A DNA stretch of 64,000 nucleotides from Leucoraja ocellata. Its lineage: Eukaryota. The notes beneath the pieces were generated by a model. It ran no database searches, was not told where the DNA came from, and saw nothing but the letters and a program-made list of their open reading frames with translations. Below, piece after piece: positions 1 to 12,340 of the stretch. The translations under genes and the position numbers were made by a program. The stretch lies in assembly GCA_036785375.1 (NCBI GenBank), contig JAWMAR010000535.1:186001-250000 (forward strand). Direction: 5' to 3'. The first letter of the stretch is position 1. Each line of letters starts with the position of its first letter.

Positions 1-378
1 GCGCCAGCCAACATGCCCCATCTTCACTAGTCCCACCTGCCTGTGTTTGACTCCTATTCCTCTAAACCTGTCCTATCCATGTACCTCTCCAAATATTTCT
101 TGAACATTATGATAGTACCTGCCTCCTCTGGCAGTTCGATCCACATAGCTACCACCCTTTGTTTTAAAAAAAATTGCCCCTCAGGTTCCTATTAAATCCT
201 TCCCCCCTCACCTTAAACCTATGTCCTCTTGTTCTTGCCGCTACTCTGGGTAAAAGACTCTATCTATTCCCCATTATGATCTTATACACTCTAAGATCAC
301 CCCTCATCCTCCTGCACTCCAAGGAATAAAGTCCCAGCCTGCTCAACCTTTCAGTTTAGATCAGGCCCTCGTGTCCTG
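1..378 (-). mobile_element. CR1 LINE 3' fragment
   Basis: Reverse complement of the CR1 3' region seen at 27525-28165 and 53400-54060. Confidence 0.75.
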
Positions 379-1359
379 ATGGTGGTAACCTGAGGTAAAA
401 AACAGATTATATTAGAAACACTCAGCAGGTCAGGCAGTGTCCATGGAAAGGGAAGGAGTTAACATTTCAGGTCCAGGACCATTCAGCAGGTCTGGGAAAG
501 GTTATTGCTCAGAATCTATAATGTCACGGGATTGATCAAACCGTGATTTTTGTGTGTGTGTGTGTGGGTGTCACATGAATGCGGTAACATTTTCATACTG
601 TATAGCAAAAATTACGTGTCTCTTAAATGCATGAAACTTGCTTAAAGAATGCAATGAGACCTGAACCCATATTTAGCTTAGACCTCTCTCCGACCATGTG
701 GCAATGTAACTGACTTCAGCTTGTTTCACATGAGTCATATAGCACGGAAATAGGCCCCTCGGCCCAACTTGCCCATGCTGGCCAAGATGCACTAGTCCCA
801 CCTACCCACATTTGTCCCATAATTCTCCAAATCTTCCTTATCAATGCACCTGTACAAATCTATATAATTAAAAGTCTCATCTTGACCACTTCCTGTCTGC
901 GCTGTATATTGATTTTAGAAAACACGCTACCATATATCGCTATGATATTTTGCCATCTTACTCACAGTCCTCCTCCGCTGAGCAGGACCCGAGAATTTTT
1001 CCCATCAATGAAAAATAAAAAAGTTATGAGTGTAAAAAACTTAGAGATCCTCTCGCCTGTCAATCTCCGTGATGAAGGTAACGCCCCTTCTGGAGGGGAG
1101 GGGGGGGGGGAGGATTATAAAACCATGGATTCTATAGTCTGTGAATCAACTGAACTGTGAGTCTGCAATGTACTTGCAATAAATGATTTGTTAGCCCTTA
1201 ATGACAATGCCATAAGTTGTTTGGCCTGCTGCCCTGCCTGTCCTTGAAACTGTAATGGTTTATTAGGTCCGACTGTGTTTGGAAGGAATAAATGCTTTAT
1301 TAGGTCTGACTGTGTTTGGTTCAAAAGTCCTGCTCATTGCGTGACTTCTGCTTAGTGGA

Positions 1360-1452
1360 CAGGTCACGCTGATTGCGTAATTTCCGGTGAGTGCAGAGGT
1401 CGCGCTGATTACTTAATTTCCGGTAAGTGCAGAGGTCACGCTGATTGCGGAA
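1360..1452. repeat. Tandem ~36-bp repeat (about 2.5 copies) inside the Helitron
   Basis: Unit approximately aggtcacgctgattgcgtaatttccggtgagtgcag. Confidence 0.8.
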
Positions 1453-1527
1453 ATGCCGCTGACTGTGGAAGCCCCACAGTGGAGAGGCCCTGTGAGTATT
1501 CAAGAAAGTTTTCTGCCATATAAATGG

Positions 1528-1578
1528 TGTGTGAGTCAGTGAGTGTGTGTGTATGTGTTTGTGAGTGTAAGTGTGTGT

Positions 1579-1634
<56 letters not shown>
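1528..1634. repeat. (GT)n microsatellite inside the Helitron
   Basis: Visible directly in the sequence. Confidence 0.95.
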
Positions 1635-1635
<1 letters not shown>

Positions 1636-1914
1636 TGCCTGTGTCAATGACTGAGCTGCCAGCCCAATAATCCATTTGGCCCACAATGTCCATACTAGCC
1701 CTGTGGAAACCAGTCCCTTCAACCCACAACACCATGTTAGTGCTCCAGAAAGCCCTCCCCCCCCCCCCCCCCCCAACCCGGCCAGCAGTATTGGAATTGG
1801 TGGAGAGGTGGAATATTGTGTTGGGGGACCAGCCTTCATGTGTGAAGCTGGGACCCAACGAGTCCCACTTTGTCTAGTGTATTTTAAATACTGATATAGT
1901 AGCTGCCTCAACTA

Positions 1915-2192
1915 CTTATAGACTTTACTTTGGACTTTAGATTTTAGGGATACCACACGAAAACAGGCACTTTGGCCCACTGAGTCCATGCCAACCAGCG
2001 ATCACCCCTGTACACTTGCACTGTACAACACACTAGGAACAATTTATAATTTTTATCTATGTCAATTAACCTACAAACGTGAATGTTTTTGAAAAGTGGG
2101 AGGAAACCAGAGAACCTGGAGGAAACCCATGCGGTTACAGGGAGAACGTAAAAACACCACACAGACAGCTCCTGGGGTCAGGATCGAACCGT
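1915..2192 (-). mobile_element. tRNA-derived V-SINE (HE1-like), partial
   Basis: B box (ggttcgatcc on the minus strand), ggtttcctccc core and CR1-type tail. Confidence 0.75.
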
Positions 2193-2593
2193 GCCATCTT
2201 ACATAACATATATCCACCACCCTCCACATGTGGGTTGAATTTTGGCTTTTCTTGATTATGGACTGTCACCATTTGCCGTTTAAAGGAACCAGATTCAATT
2301 CATTTCAAACTGCAATCTCTCGAGTGTTTAGTGCATATTGAAGTCCCACCACTAGGTTCCTGACTCTCATTATACAGGTGGCAATGAGAGTTAATTAAAA
2401 TGGAGACACAAGGAACTGCAGAAGCTGGAATCTTGAGTAAAGCAGTAAGTGCTCGAGTAACTCTACAGGTCAAGCAGCATCTCTGGAGTTTAATTTAGTT
2501 GGATATGCAGAGAATGGAGGGATAAGGAAGAGGAAACTAACTTGGCAGCAACTTTAGAAAACCATGCCTGATTATTGTACTTTTCATCCACAG

Positions 2594-2926
2594 TGCTCCC
2601 TTGTGCAAATGAGCTGAGCATAAACGCCACTCTTGGGGAAGATGTTCTCCTGAACCCAAACTGCACAGATTGTGACGCATTGTCAATTGAGTGGAAATTT
2701 TCATCAAACCTGATGACCAGCTGCATTTCCTCTTATATTATGAGCAAGGAGACAATTTCTAAAATCGTCTTTGGTGCATTTGAAGGTCGAGTGAGCATTC
2801 TAAGGAATGGCTTGCATTTATGGCTACCATCTGTCCATATCAATGACACAGGAAAATACACCCGGATCCTCACAACGCTGAATGGAATGGAACAATGCGT
2901 TAGCATTACAGTTAATGTGCAGGAAG
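2594..2926 (+). CDS. Gene A exon: IgV-type extracellular domain lacking the canonical B/F-strand cysteines (CD2/SLAM/CEACAM N-domain-like)
   Basis: Acceptor ttttcatccacag|, donor GAAG|gtaagg; 333 nt, phase 1-1, open. Peptide LPCANELSINATLGEDVLLNPNC...IEWKF...FEGRVSILRNGLHLWLPSVHINDTGKYTRILTTLNGMEQCVSITVNVQE has GxxVxL, the C-strand W, GRV and DxGxY, plus sequons NAT, NCT and NDT. Confidence 0.85.
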
Positions 2927-4331
2927 GTAAGGACTAAATACTATGCTGGAAGCTATAAATCCACAGAAATTCAGACAATAATAGTAATAAGTTTTGCAAT
3001 CAATGCTTGTTTGCAAAGGACTCTGCAATGAATGAAACATATTTAAGTACCATTATTGTGAAAAGGCCTTAGTCAGAGCGTGGTGAATCTGTGGAATTCA
3101 TTGCCACAGAAGGCTGTGGAGCCAGTCAATGGATATTTATAAGGCAGAGATTGACAGATTCTTGATTAGTATGGGTTTCAGGGGTTATTGGGATGAAGCA
3201 GGAGAATGGGGTTGAGAAGGAAAGATAGATCGGTCGTGATTGAATGGTGGAGTAAACATTGGGCCTAATGGCCTAATTCTGCTCCTATGACATGAACCTA
3301 TGAACTTATCCAGAACATAAAACAGTAGAATACAGTATCGATCCCATCGGCCCACAATTTTTGACATGATCCATATCCCTCTATTACTGCACATCCGTAA
3401 TACTATGTAAAAGCCTCTTAAACACCACTATCATATATGCCTCCATCATCACCCTTGGCAATGTGTTCCAGACCCCCTCTATTCTCTAAGCAAAAATAAA
3501 CTTGCCCTGTACATCTCTATTAATCTTTTCCTTCACACCTTATAACTATGTCCCCTGGTGTTGGCCATTTTCACCCTTGTAACGATGTTCGGACTATCTA
3601 CCCTATCTATGCCTCTCATCATTTTTATATGGTTCTATCACATCTCTCCTCAACCTCTGGTATTCCAGAGAAAACTATCCAAGCCTAGCCACTAACTGTA
3701 GTTGAAACGCTCAAATTCAGGCAGTATTCTGGTAATATTTTGGTCTTCTGCACCCTCTCCAAAACCTTCACATCTTTTCTGTAATAGGACGGACTTCAAT
3801 GTTATATCTTACGATACATATTGTACACTGCCCTTTATCTGTGCACCGTGGACAGCCTGGTTGTATTCTGGTACAGTATTTTCATTGACTGGAGAGCACA
3901 CAAACAAAAGTCTTTCACTGTATGTGTAGAAAGGTACAGCAGATGCTGAGAAAGGATTGGGTGACGTTTTGGGTTGGGACTCTTCTTCAGACCCATCCTG
4001 ACACAAACGTCACCAATCTTTTTTCTCCAGAGATGCTGCCTGACCTGCTGAGTTACTCCAGCACTTTGCGCCTATCTTCAGCTTCTCACTGTATTTCGGT
4101 ACGTGTGGCAATCATAAGATAAACTAAACCAAACCAAAGTCCTATAGAATATCATATTTGGCCTGCTATATATTTAATGTGTAAAAGGCTTCATGGCTTG
4201 AACCAAACTGGTCATGATATCTGCTAAATTTCACCATTTTAGCATCAATGGAATTGGAATAACTCAGTAAAATTCCTCTTGTTATATGTTTCTGTATTCG
4301 TTTCCTAACCATGTGCTATTTACTGATGAAG

Positions 4332-4406
4332 AAGGTCAATATTTGACTTCTTCCCAGACCTGTTTCTCTGCAAATCATTGGGGAGACGTGTGTGAGAGCA
4401 TTCAAG
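4332..4406 (+). CDS. Possible small phase 1-1 exon of gene A
   Basis: 75 nt, open in phase 1: (E)GQYLTSSQTCFSANHWGDVCESIQ. Branch-like cctaac upstream and donor CAAG|gtgatt, but the acceptor (gatgaag) is weak. Confidence 0.25.
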
Positions 4407-4964
4407 GTGATTCATCTTCCAAAATGTCTTCACATCAGGAAATCCCCATGCAGAATATGTAGGCCACAAAGCTGAAGCATACCAATCATTTATCGATTGA
4501 AACACAATCACCTCTACTGTTAATTACAGTCACTTAATTACTTGACTGTAATTAAAAGTAATTGAATTGACTTAACATTACAACCTTGATTGAAGTCCAT
4601 TCAAAAGGACGTACCTTTAGAAAGGAGATGAGGAGGAATTTATTTACCCTGAGGGTGGTGAATCTGTGGAATTCATTGCCACAGATGGCCATGGAGGCCA
4701 AGTCAATAGATATTGTTATGGCAGAGATTGACAATTCTTGATTTGTACGGGAGTCAGGGGTTATGGGGAGAAGGTAGGAGAATGAGGTTGAGAAAGAAAG
4801 AAAGTTCAACCATGGCTGAATGTTAGAGTAGACTTGATGGGCCGAATGGTCTAAATCTGCTCCTATAAATTTGGAGGTTATGAATTTATGATTAAGAATT
4901 GAGGTACTCTATCCAACTCATTGGTGACTCTCGAACTATCTTTAATTTTACTTTACTGGACTTT

Positions 4965-5627
4965 CAAAGGGTTCAAAGGTCTATTATTGTCACGTGTACC
5001 AATTAAGGTACAGTGATATGCGAATTACAATACAGCCATACGAAAAAAAGCAACACACAACTACATAAAAGTTAACATAATCATCCACCACAGCAGATTC
5101 CCCACATTCCTCACTGTGATGGAAGGCAATAAAGTCCAACCTTCTTCCTCTTTATTCTCCCGCGGTCGGGGCAATTGAACCATCCGTTGGGGCGATCGAA
5201 GCTCTCACACCCGGTGGTCAAAGCCCCTGCGTTGGGGCGATCGAAACATCCGCGTCGGGGCAGTCAAAGCTCCTGTGGTTTGGAATTCCCGAAGTCGGTA
5301 TCTAATCAGAGACTGCTGGGCTACGTGATATTAAGTCCGCAGGCACCCTCAGTCGAGCACTCAAAATCAGTCTCCAGCAAAGGCCGCCAACTCCTCGATG
5401 TTAAACCGCAATGCGGACGGAGATATGATATGGAAAAAAATCTCCATCTCCGTCAAGATAAGAAATTAGAAAAAGTTGCCCCCAACCCCATCCCTACCAG
5501 TCCCCAACATAAAACAAGCTAAAGAACACTAAAAACATAGAATGAACATACACTATTAAAACTCAGGAGAAAGAAAGGACAGACAAACTGTTGGTGAGAC
5601 AGCCATTGCTGGCGCCACCCAGTGGAG
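4965..5627 (-). mobile_element. Non-autonomous retroposon with a Rex1-type tail, nested in another tail fragment
   Basis: The minus strand ends ggtacacgtgacaataa plus a ttgaa-type repeat. The flanks rejoin as ctttactggacttt|atcttgca, and cgttggggcgatcgaa is duplicated internally. Confidence 0.5.
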
Positions 5628-6609
5628 AATCTTGCATGAAACATTATTCACTTCATCAGGTATCTGGTGGATGGTTTGATTGTAATCATGTATAGTCTTT
5701 TCATTAGCACACAACAAAACCTTTTAACTGTAGCTCAGTACACGTGGCAATAAACTAAACTAAACTAGTCTAAAGAAAGGTCTCTACCCGAAACGTCACC
5801 CATTCCTTCTCTCCAGAGATGCTGCCTGTCCGGCTGAGTTACTCCAGCATATTGCATCTGCCCTGTGTTTTTCTCAGCAGCTCTACTTGCAATAGGTTCT
5901 TTGCCTTCCTTCCATCTCTAAGTTTCACTCTACATGCATTTCACCGCCCCCCCATCCTCTCCAACAACACACAGACGTTTTTTTTTAAATCAAAATAAAT
6001 TTTATTCAGGATAGAAATACATGTTCTCCAGAGATGCTACCTGACTTGCTGAGTTAATCCAGCACTTTGTGTCTATCTTTGGTATAAACCAATATCTGCA
6101 GTTCTTTTTCATGATATTCTCTGGAGGTTGCCTGGCTCGTTGTGTTATGCCAGCATTTTGAATCGTATTTGACAAGTTTGTGCGCATTATCTTTATCTGT
6201 AGCTGCAGGATAATGATCTGATCTAATGAGCATTCAAGGCTTAATTCCTTTACAATATGAAGTTATTTTCTGGTAATCAACAGCAAATGATTACCCCATA
6301 AACTGCACTGAATACTTTATCCTAGATGAGGATACTATCATCTGCACAGTGCACTGTAAAATAAAAATGAAATTTAAATTGTTCTTACAAATGCCTCTCC
6401 TAAATAATTGTGCATCCTAAATATCCATATATGGCCACTTTCCTGACAGAGTGAAGGAGCACACACAATTCCAGTGTTGCAGGTTCAATGTTTGGATTGT
6501 GGTGAGAGAGTTATCTTCAACAGAACAGCAGCAGCAGCAACAACTTCAATTCATATTGTGCCTTCAACATGACAGAAACACAGCAATATGATATCAGGTT
6601 TAAGATGAC

Positions 6610-7190
6610 AATGGACAACAGGTGCAGGAGTAGGCCATTCGACCCTTCAAGCCAACACCGCCATTCACAGTGATCATGGCTGACCACCCACAATCAGTAC
6701 CCCGTTCCTGTCTTATCCCCATATCCCTTGACTCCACTATCTTTAAAAGCTCTATCTAACTCTCTCCTGAAAGCATCCAGGGAATTGGCCTCCACTGCCT
6801 TCTGAGGTAGAGAATTCCACAGATTCACAACTCTCTGGGAGAGAACGTTTTTCCTCATCTCCATTTTAAATGGCCTACCCCTTCTTCTTAAACTGTGGTC
6901 CCTGGTTCTGCATTCCCCCAAAATCGGGAACATGTTTCCTGCCTCTGGCATGATCAATCCCTTAATAATCTTATATGTTTCAACAAGATCCCCTCTTATC
7001 CTTCTAAATTCCAGAAAATACAAGCCCAGTTGCTCCATTCATTCAACATATGACAGTCCAGCCATCACGGGAATTAACCTCGTAAACCTATGCTGCACTC
7101 ACTCAATAGGAAGAATGTCCTTCCTCAAATTTGGAGACCAAAACTGCACACAATACTTCAGGTGTGGTCTCACCAGGGCCCTGTACAATT
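6610..7190 (-). mobile_element. CR1 LINE 3' fragment (ORF2 C-terminus)
   Basis: ORFs 6694-7038 and 7099-7365 give [19 protein letters not shown] and LGLYFLEFRRIRGDLVETYKI. Confidence 0.9.
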
Positions 7191-8128
7191 GCAAGGAGAT
7201 TAATTTAAATAGGATGCTGAGGGGCAACTCTTTCACACAGACGTTTGTAGGTATATGGAACGAGCTTTCAGAGGAGGAAATTGAGGCAAGTTCAAAAACA
7301 ACATCTAATAGACATTTGGACAGATGCATGGATAAGGAAAGTTTAAGGATATGGGCCAAATGCATGCGAAGTAGACTGGATTAGTTTGAGCATTGTGGTC
7401 GGTATGGACAAGTTGGGCCAAAGGATCTATCTCTAGCTGTCTTACTCTAGATCAAATATACTGACAGGTTGGTAGAAAGGAACTGCAGATGCTGGTTTAT
7501 ACTGAAGATAGACACAAAATGTTGGCGTTTTAGCGAGACAGGCAGGTTGAGTTAAATCATTTTTATTGGCAAACAAAAACTATAATTAAACTCGGTACAC
7601 GCGTGCCAGCTCAGCTAACATTATAATAGCTCCTGCTGCTGGGAGGAGCGCTAACGACTGACTAGAAAGCCTGCAAAGGAACCCCAGATAACTCAGCGGG
7701 TCAGGCTGCATCTCTCAAGGAAAGGAATAGGTGACATTTTGGGTCGGAACCCTTCTTCAGACTAACAGTTTGGGATGCATAACTTTGAATCATTTAATTG
7801 TTGCCTAATAGAAAATGGGAATGGCAAGACAATGCAATAATGTAACATCGGGCAAACACTGATTTGAGATGATAAATTGTAGGTTCTTAGCTTTCATAAA
7901 GAGTGGGGCAGGAAAAGTTGGAACAAATAGTTTCCAGTAGGCTAGGTCTCAAACAAAAGGCGCAGAGCACAACACTTAAAGTGAAAAACATGACGTCAAG
8001 GCCAACTCTTATCTACCTGTACATAATCCATATCACTCCATTCGTTGCATATCCATATGCCCATCCTAAAGTGTCATACGTCCCATTATTGTATCTGCCT
8101 CAAAAACCCTCCTCCTCCCCAGAAGAGT

Positions 8129-8282
8129 NNNNNNNNNNNNNNNNNNNNNNNNNNNNNNNNNNNNNNNNNNNNNNNNNNNNNNNNNNNNNNNNNNNNNNNN
8201 NNNNNNNNNNNNNNNNNNNNNNNNNNNNNNNNNNNNNNNNNNNNNNNNNNNNNNNNNNNNNNNNNNNNNNNNNNNNNNNNNN
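8129..8282. other. Assembly gap
   Basis: Run of N. Confidence 1.
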
Positions 8283-8879
8283 AACTTGTCCCGCACATCT
8301 CCTTAAAATCTTGCCCCTCTCACCTTAAAACTCTGCTCTCAAGTACTTGTCCCTTCCATCCAGGAGAAAGATTCTGATTGTCTACTCTATCTATGCCTCT
8401 CATCATTTTATATGCTTCTATCAGGTCTCCCCACAACCTCCAGCATTCCAGAGAACTTGTCGAGAGAATGGAGATATTGGGCACTGCCAGTCATATTTTC
8501 AATATAGGGGGATCACATCACAGAGTGTAGGAAAGTCCCAAATTACCTGAGATTGATTCTGGGGCTTAGCACACACTAATTAATCATGTAGCCTCACAGG
8601 AAGTGTGATATATTTCATTGAAGATAGACACAAAATACTGAAGTAACTCAGCAATCTGTACTTTCCCAATAGCTCCAACCTCCATCAGTGCAGCCAAGAG
8701 ACCTGTGTTGATCAAGTGTGCCGTTAGATTCAAATGTTCCAGGGTTATCTGAGTTGAACCATGAATCATCAATTGGCTAATCTGTTATTCAAGTATCATG
8801 CAATGCTACATTCAGCACTGAACACAGACAGGAAGTCTTTGATGAGCAACTGACCTCAAATGCACTGCAGCCTCTTTTG

Positions 8880-8922
8880 GCATTGGTATAGACATTGGTA
8901 TAGACATTGGTATAGACATTGG
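8880..8922. repeat. 12-bp tandem repeat (cattggtataga)n
   Basis: About 3.5 copies; it sits at the tail of a minus-strand retroposon fragment. Confidence 0.85.
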
Positions 8923-9591
8923 TTTATTATTGTCACTTTTACTGAGATATGGAAAAAACATATTTGCGTGGTATCCAGTCAAATTATACTAAACAGGAGT
9001 TCTCGAATGCCATTCACAAGTATATCATGTAGTACAAGGAGGAAAATACCAGATTGCAGTACCCAAGTGGACTATCAAGTGCCGTTCCTCCGATTTGCCC
9101 GTGGCGTCACTCTGGCAATGAAGGAGGCCCAGGACAGAAATGTTAGACACAACACGCTGGAGTAACTCAGAGCGTCAGGCAGCATCTCTGGACAAAATTG
9201 GTGGGTGACATTTCGGGTCGGGGCACTGCAGCAGATTAGCATTTTCATTTCCTTTTTTTTGCCTAAAGGTCAGAGAGAATGGGAAGGGTTTTTTTAAATA
9301 GTTAGCAACTGCAGGGCCTTGGTGGACCGGGCACAGGTGTTCAGCAAAATGGTTGCCTAGTCTATGCTTGGTGTTGTCAATGTATAAGGAGGACACATCG
9401 GCAGCCATCGGTGGTTATATTTGTTGGTTTTGTTTCTTCTCCTTTGTAAAGTGATTTTCCTTTTCCATGAACTAATTTTAGATGATAATGCACAAAGTTC
9501 AAAGTGCACAAGGAATAAGTGTAGTGGCCGCCTTGTAGCTCCTCACAGTTTTGTCAGGATGTTGCATATTGCTCGCCATGTCCATCTCACG

Positions 9592-10308
9592 TTTAGTTTA
9601 GTTTAGAGATACTGCGCGGTAACAGGCCCTTCAGCCCACCAAGCCTGTGCTGACCAGCGAATCCCGCAAACTAACACTATCCTACACACTAGGGACAATT
9701 TACAATTAAACCAAACCAATTAGCTGACAAACCTGTACATCTTTGGAGTGTGGGTAGAAACTGGAGCACCCGGAGAAATCCCACAGCAGTCACAGAGAGA
9801 ATGTACAAACTCCGTACAGACAGTATCCATAGTCATGATTGAACCTGGGTCTCTGGCGCTTTAAGACAGCAACTCTAACGTTGTACCACCAAGCCACCCA
9901 AGTAAAGAGGATGAGATTGGCGCCACCATCTTTCAGAGGACTCTTTCCGTGGTTCCTTTCCATTCTGTTTCCAATGAGGAAAATTGGTCACTAAATTTAG
10001 TTTAGTTTTAGTAGATATACTGCTGTAGATATGCAGCGTGGAAGCAGACCCTGTAGCCCACTGCGTCCACACCCACCAGCGACCACCCGTTCACTAGTTC
10101 TATCCTATACACTGAGGACAAATTACATAAGCCAATTAACCTACAAATCTGCTCCTCATTGGAATGCGGGAGGAAATCGGAGCACCCGGAGAAAACCACA
10201 CAATCGCAGGGAGAACGTACAAAGTCCATACAGACATCACCCGTAGTCAGGATTGAACCCAGGTCTCTGGCGCTGTAAGGCAACAACTCTACTGCTGCAC
10301 CACTGCGT
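9592..10308 (-). mobile_element. Two adjacent V-SINE (HE1-like) copies (~9592-9900, ~9996-10308)
   Basis: tRNA head with A and B boxes, conserved core and (taaac)n tail, all on the minus strand. Confidence 0.85.
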
Positions 10309-10625
10309 CTACATATCCAAGAAAATGCAAGAAAACGAAGAAAAATAAAAGCTTTTTTTAATGGAATTTACACAAGATAAGGGTATATAAAATGAGCTTC
10401 CTGAGGTGGTAGTTGAGGCAGGTACTATAACAACATTTAAAATACATTTGGACTGGCATATGGTAAGGAAAGGTTCAGAGGGATTTGGATCAAACGCAGG
10501 CAGGTGGGACTAGTGTATAAACCAGCATCCACAGCTCTTTGTTTCTACATAATGATTTTTTTGCATTTGGATATATTTGTTATTTTGGAGTCTTATGTCC
10601 TCCCATTGCTATTATTTTGCTTTAG

Positions 10626-10655
10626 ATGGCAGTATAACTATTCTTAGATCTCGTG
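10626..10655 (+). CDS. Possible 30-nt phase 1-1 micro-exon of gene A
   Basis: Acceptor attattttgctttag|, donor CGTG|gtaaag; reads (D)GSITILRSR in non-repeat sequence. Confidence 0.3.
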
Positions 10656-11029
10656 GTAAAGGTACCACTTGAGGTTAAAACATGAACCTCTAGGCGGCAG
10701 TGCATTTGTTTTGATGGTTGTGAAAAATGGAAATAGATGCATTTTAAACTTTTATTAACATTGATATTTACTTTTGTGCAAATTGTACATTTCTCACTAG
10801 GGTTTGTTTGTGCATATTTTCAGGTCTTTCTATCTCTCTGTTAATTCTAATGAATGGCAAATATTCTTCTATCCAATAATAGGGATTATTTGCAAATCTT
10901 GTTAATAAATGGTTCAATGGCGTGCCATTAAAAGCATGTTCTCTGAATTGTAATTCTCTTATTTAAGGTGCATTTCTGCTTTTTAAAAAAAAAAGAAAAG
11001 TTGCTAACCCCATTTTCCTCCCCATTCAG

Positions 11030-11107
11030 TGAGGCAGACTGTAGCTGTCTTGCCAAGTCCCAGTGCATCCTTGCTTCCTGCTCCCAGTGTAGTCACACAC
11101 AAGCAGG
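11030..11107 (+). CDS. Gene A exon: Pro/Ser/Thr-rich stalk
   Basis: Branch point ctaac at ~11004, acceptor ttttcctccccattcag|, donor CAGG|gtgagt; 78 nt, phase 1-1; (V)RQTVAVLPSPSASLLPAPSVVTHKQ. Confidence 0.7.
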
Positions 11108-11239
11108 GTGAGTGTGCTGAATGAAAAGAACTCACTTAAGAAAAATCTGCTCGCAGAAACAGCAGATCTGCCAATCAGAAGCATGATAAATAAACAAATA
11201 GTCATGCCAAGTTTGTGCCTAAGATATGCCTCTTGCTAC

Positions 11240-11477
11240 TGTGTAGGAAGGAACTGCAGATGCTGGTTTAAACCGAAGATAGTCACGAAATGCTGGAGTA
11301 ACTCAGCGGGATGGGCAGCATCTTTGGGGAGAAGGAATGCGTGACGTTTCGGGTCGAGACCCTTCTTCGGACCCTTTTTCAGCAAGCCTGAAGAAGGGTC
11401 TCGACTTCCTTCTCTCCAGAGATGCTGCCCATCCCGCTGAGTTACTCCAGCATTTCGTGACTATCTTCGGTTTAAAC
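11240..11477. mobile_element. Penelope-type pseudo-LTR pair in inverted orientation (hairpin) with hammerhead-like remnants
   Basis: Arms 11266-11338 and 11406-11477 are near-perfect reverse complements. The centre holds a minus-strand motif at 11343-11370 (CCGAAGA instead of CTGAAGA) and a truncated plus-strand copy. Confidence 0.75.
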
Positions 11478-11849
11478 TGTCCTGCTTACTCCAGCATTTT
11501 GTGCCTCTTGCTTCTGTCAACCTCCAATTACTAAGCTCCCTATCTGAAATCCACACCTCTCTTGAATCTACTGCAAGCAGCAACCGATTCTTATCAATAA
11601 GAAAAATGTATAATTTGTATCTATTTCTTAAGAAAAACGTATTGCCTGTCAATTTTAATTCCCACCGACAGATGGAAACTAGGTAAGGGGCAGTTAAAAT
11701 GGAAGATAGGCACAAAGGGCTGGAGTACTCAGTGGGTCAAACAGCATCTCCAGAGAAAAGGAATAGGTGACTTTTCGGGTCGGAACCCTTCTTCACTCGA
11801 CCTAGAACGTCGCCTATTCCGTTTCTCCAGAGATGCTGCCTGACCTGCT

Positions 11850-12340
11850 GAGTCACTTCATGTCTGTGGGCAGATTCCTCCCCATCCTGGATCAGTCCAA
11901 TCAGGGTTACGTCATCTGCAAACTTGAGAAGCTTGACAGAGGAGTCTGGGGAGATGCAGTCGTTGGTGTAGAGAGAGTAAAGGAGAGGGGAGAGTACGCA
12001 GACTTGTGGTGCTCCTATGCCGAGGGTCAGCAGGTCCAAGATGTGCTGTCCCAGCCTCACATGCTGCTTCCTGTCTGTCAGGAAGTTGGTGATCCACTGA
12101 CAGAGGGGTTCAGGCACAGTCAACTGGGAGAGTTTGGAGTGTAGTAGCTCTGGTACAATGGTGTTGAATGCAGAACTAAAATCCACAAACAAAATCCTTG
12201 CATAGGTCCCCTGGCGGTCTAGGTGCTGGGGGATGAAGTGCAGACCTAGGTTGACTGCATCATCCACCAATCTATTTGCCTGGTATGCAAACTGCAGGGG
12301 CCCAGCAGGGGGTTTGTGATATTTTTAAGGTGGGCCAGCA
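11850..12340 (-). mobile_element. Rex1/Babar-clade LINE RT fragment
   Basis: ORF 11737-12270: [35 protein letters not shown]. Confidence 0.9.

Larger units (their letters stand above)
859..1877 (+). mobile_element. Non-autonomous Helitron (~1.0 kb)
   Basis: Starts TCTATATAATT after host A858 and ends CTAG (1874-1877) before host T1878. A GGGAC..GTCCC hairpin lies ~10 nt from the 3' end, and there is no TSD. It splits a CR1 tail that rejoins as tgtacaaa|tgtattttaaa. Confidence 0.8.

Noticed and set aside
1360-1452. 36-bp repeats as a CRISPR-like array
   Set aside because: Head-to-tail repeats without unique spacers, in eukaryotic DNA with no cas genes.
1321-1911. 196-aa and 140-aa minus-strand ORFs with poly-G and THTH repeats
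   Set aside because: They are translations of the Helitron's poly-C and (GT)n tracts.
2229-2342. MWVEFWLFLIMD... as the leader of gene A
   Set aside because: No suitable phase-1 splice donor follows the hydrophobic stretch.
7903-8377. ORFs spanning N runs (also 40979-41897)
   Set aside because: They are open only because the gaps contain no stop codons.
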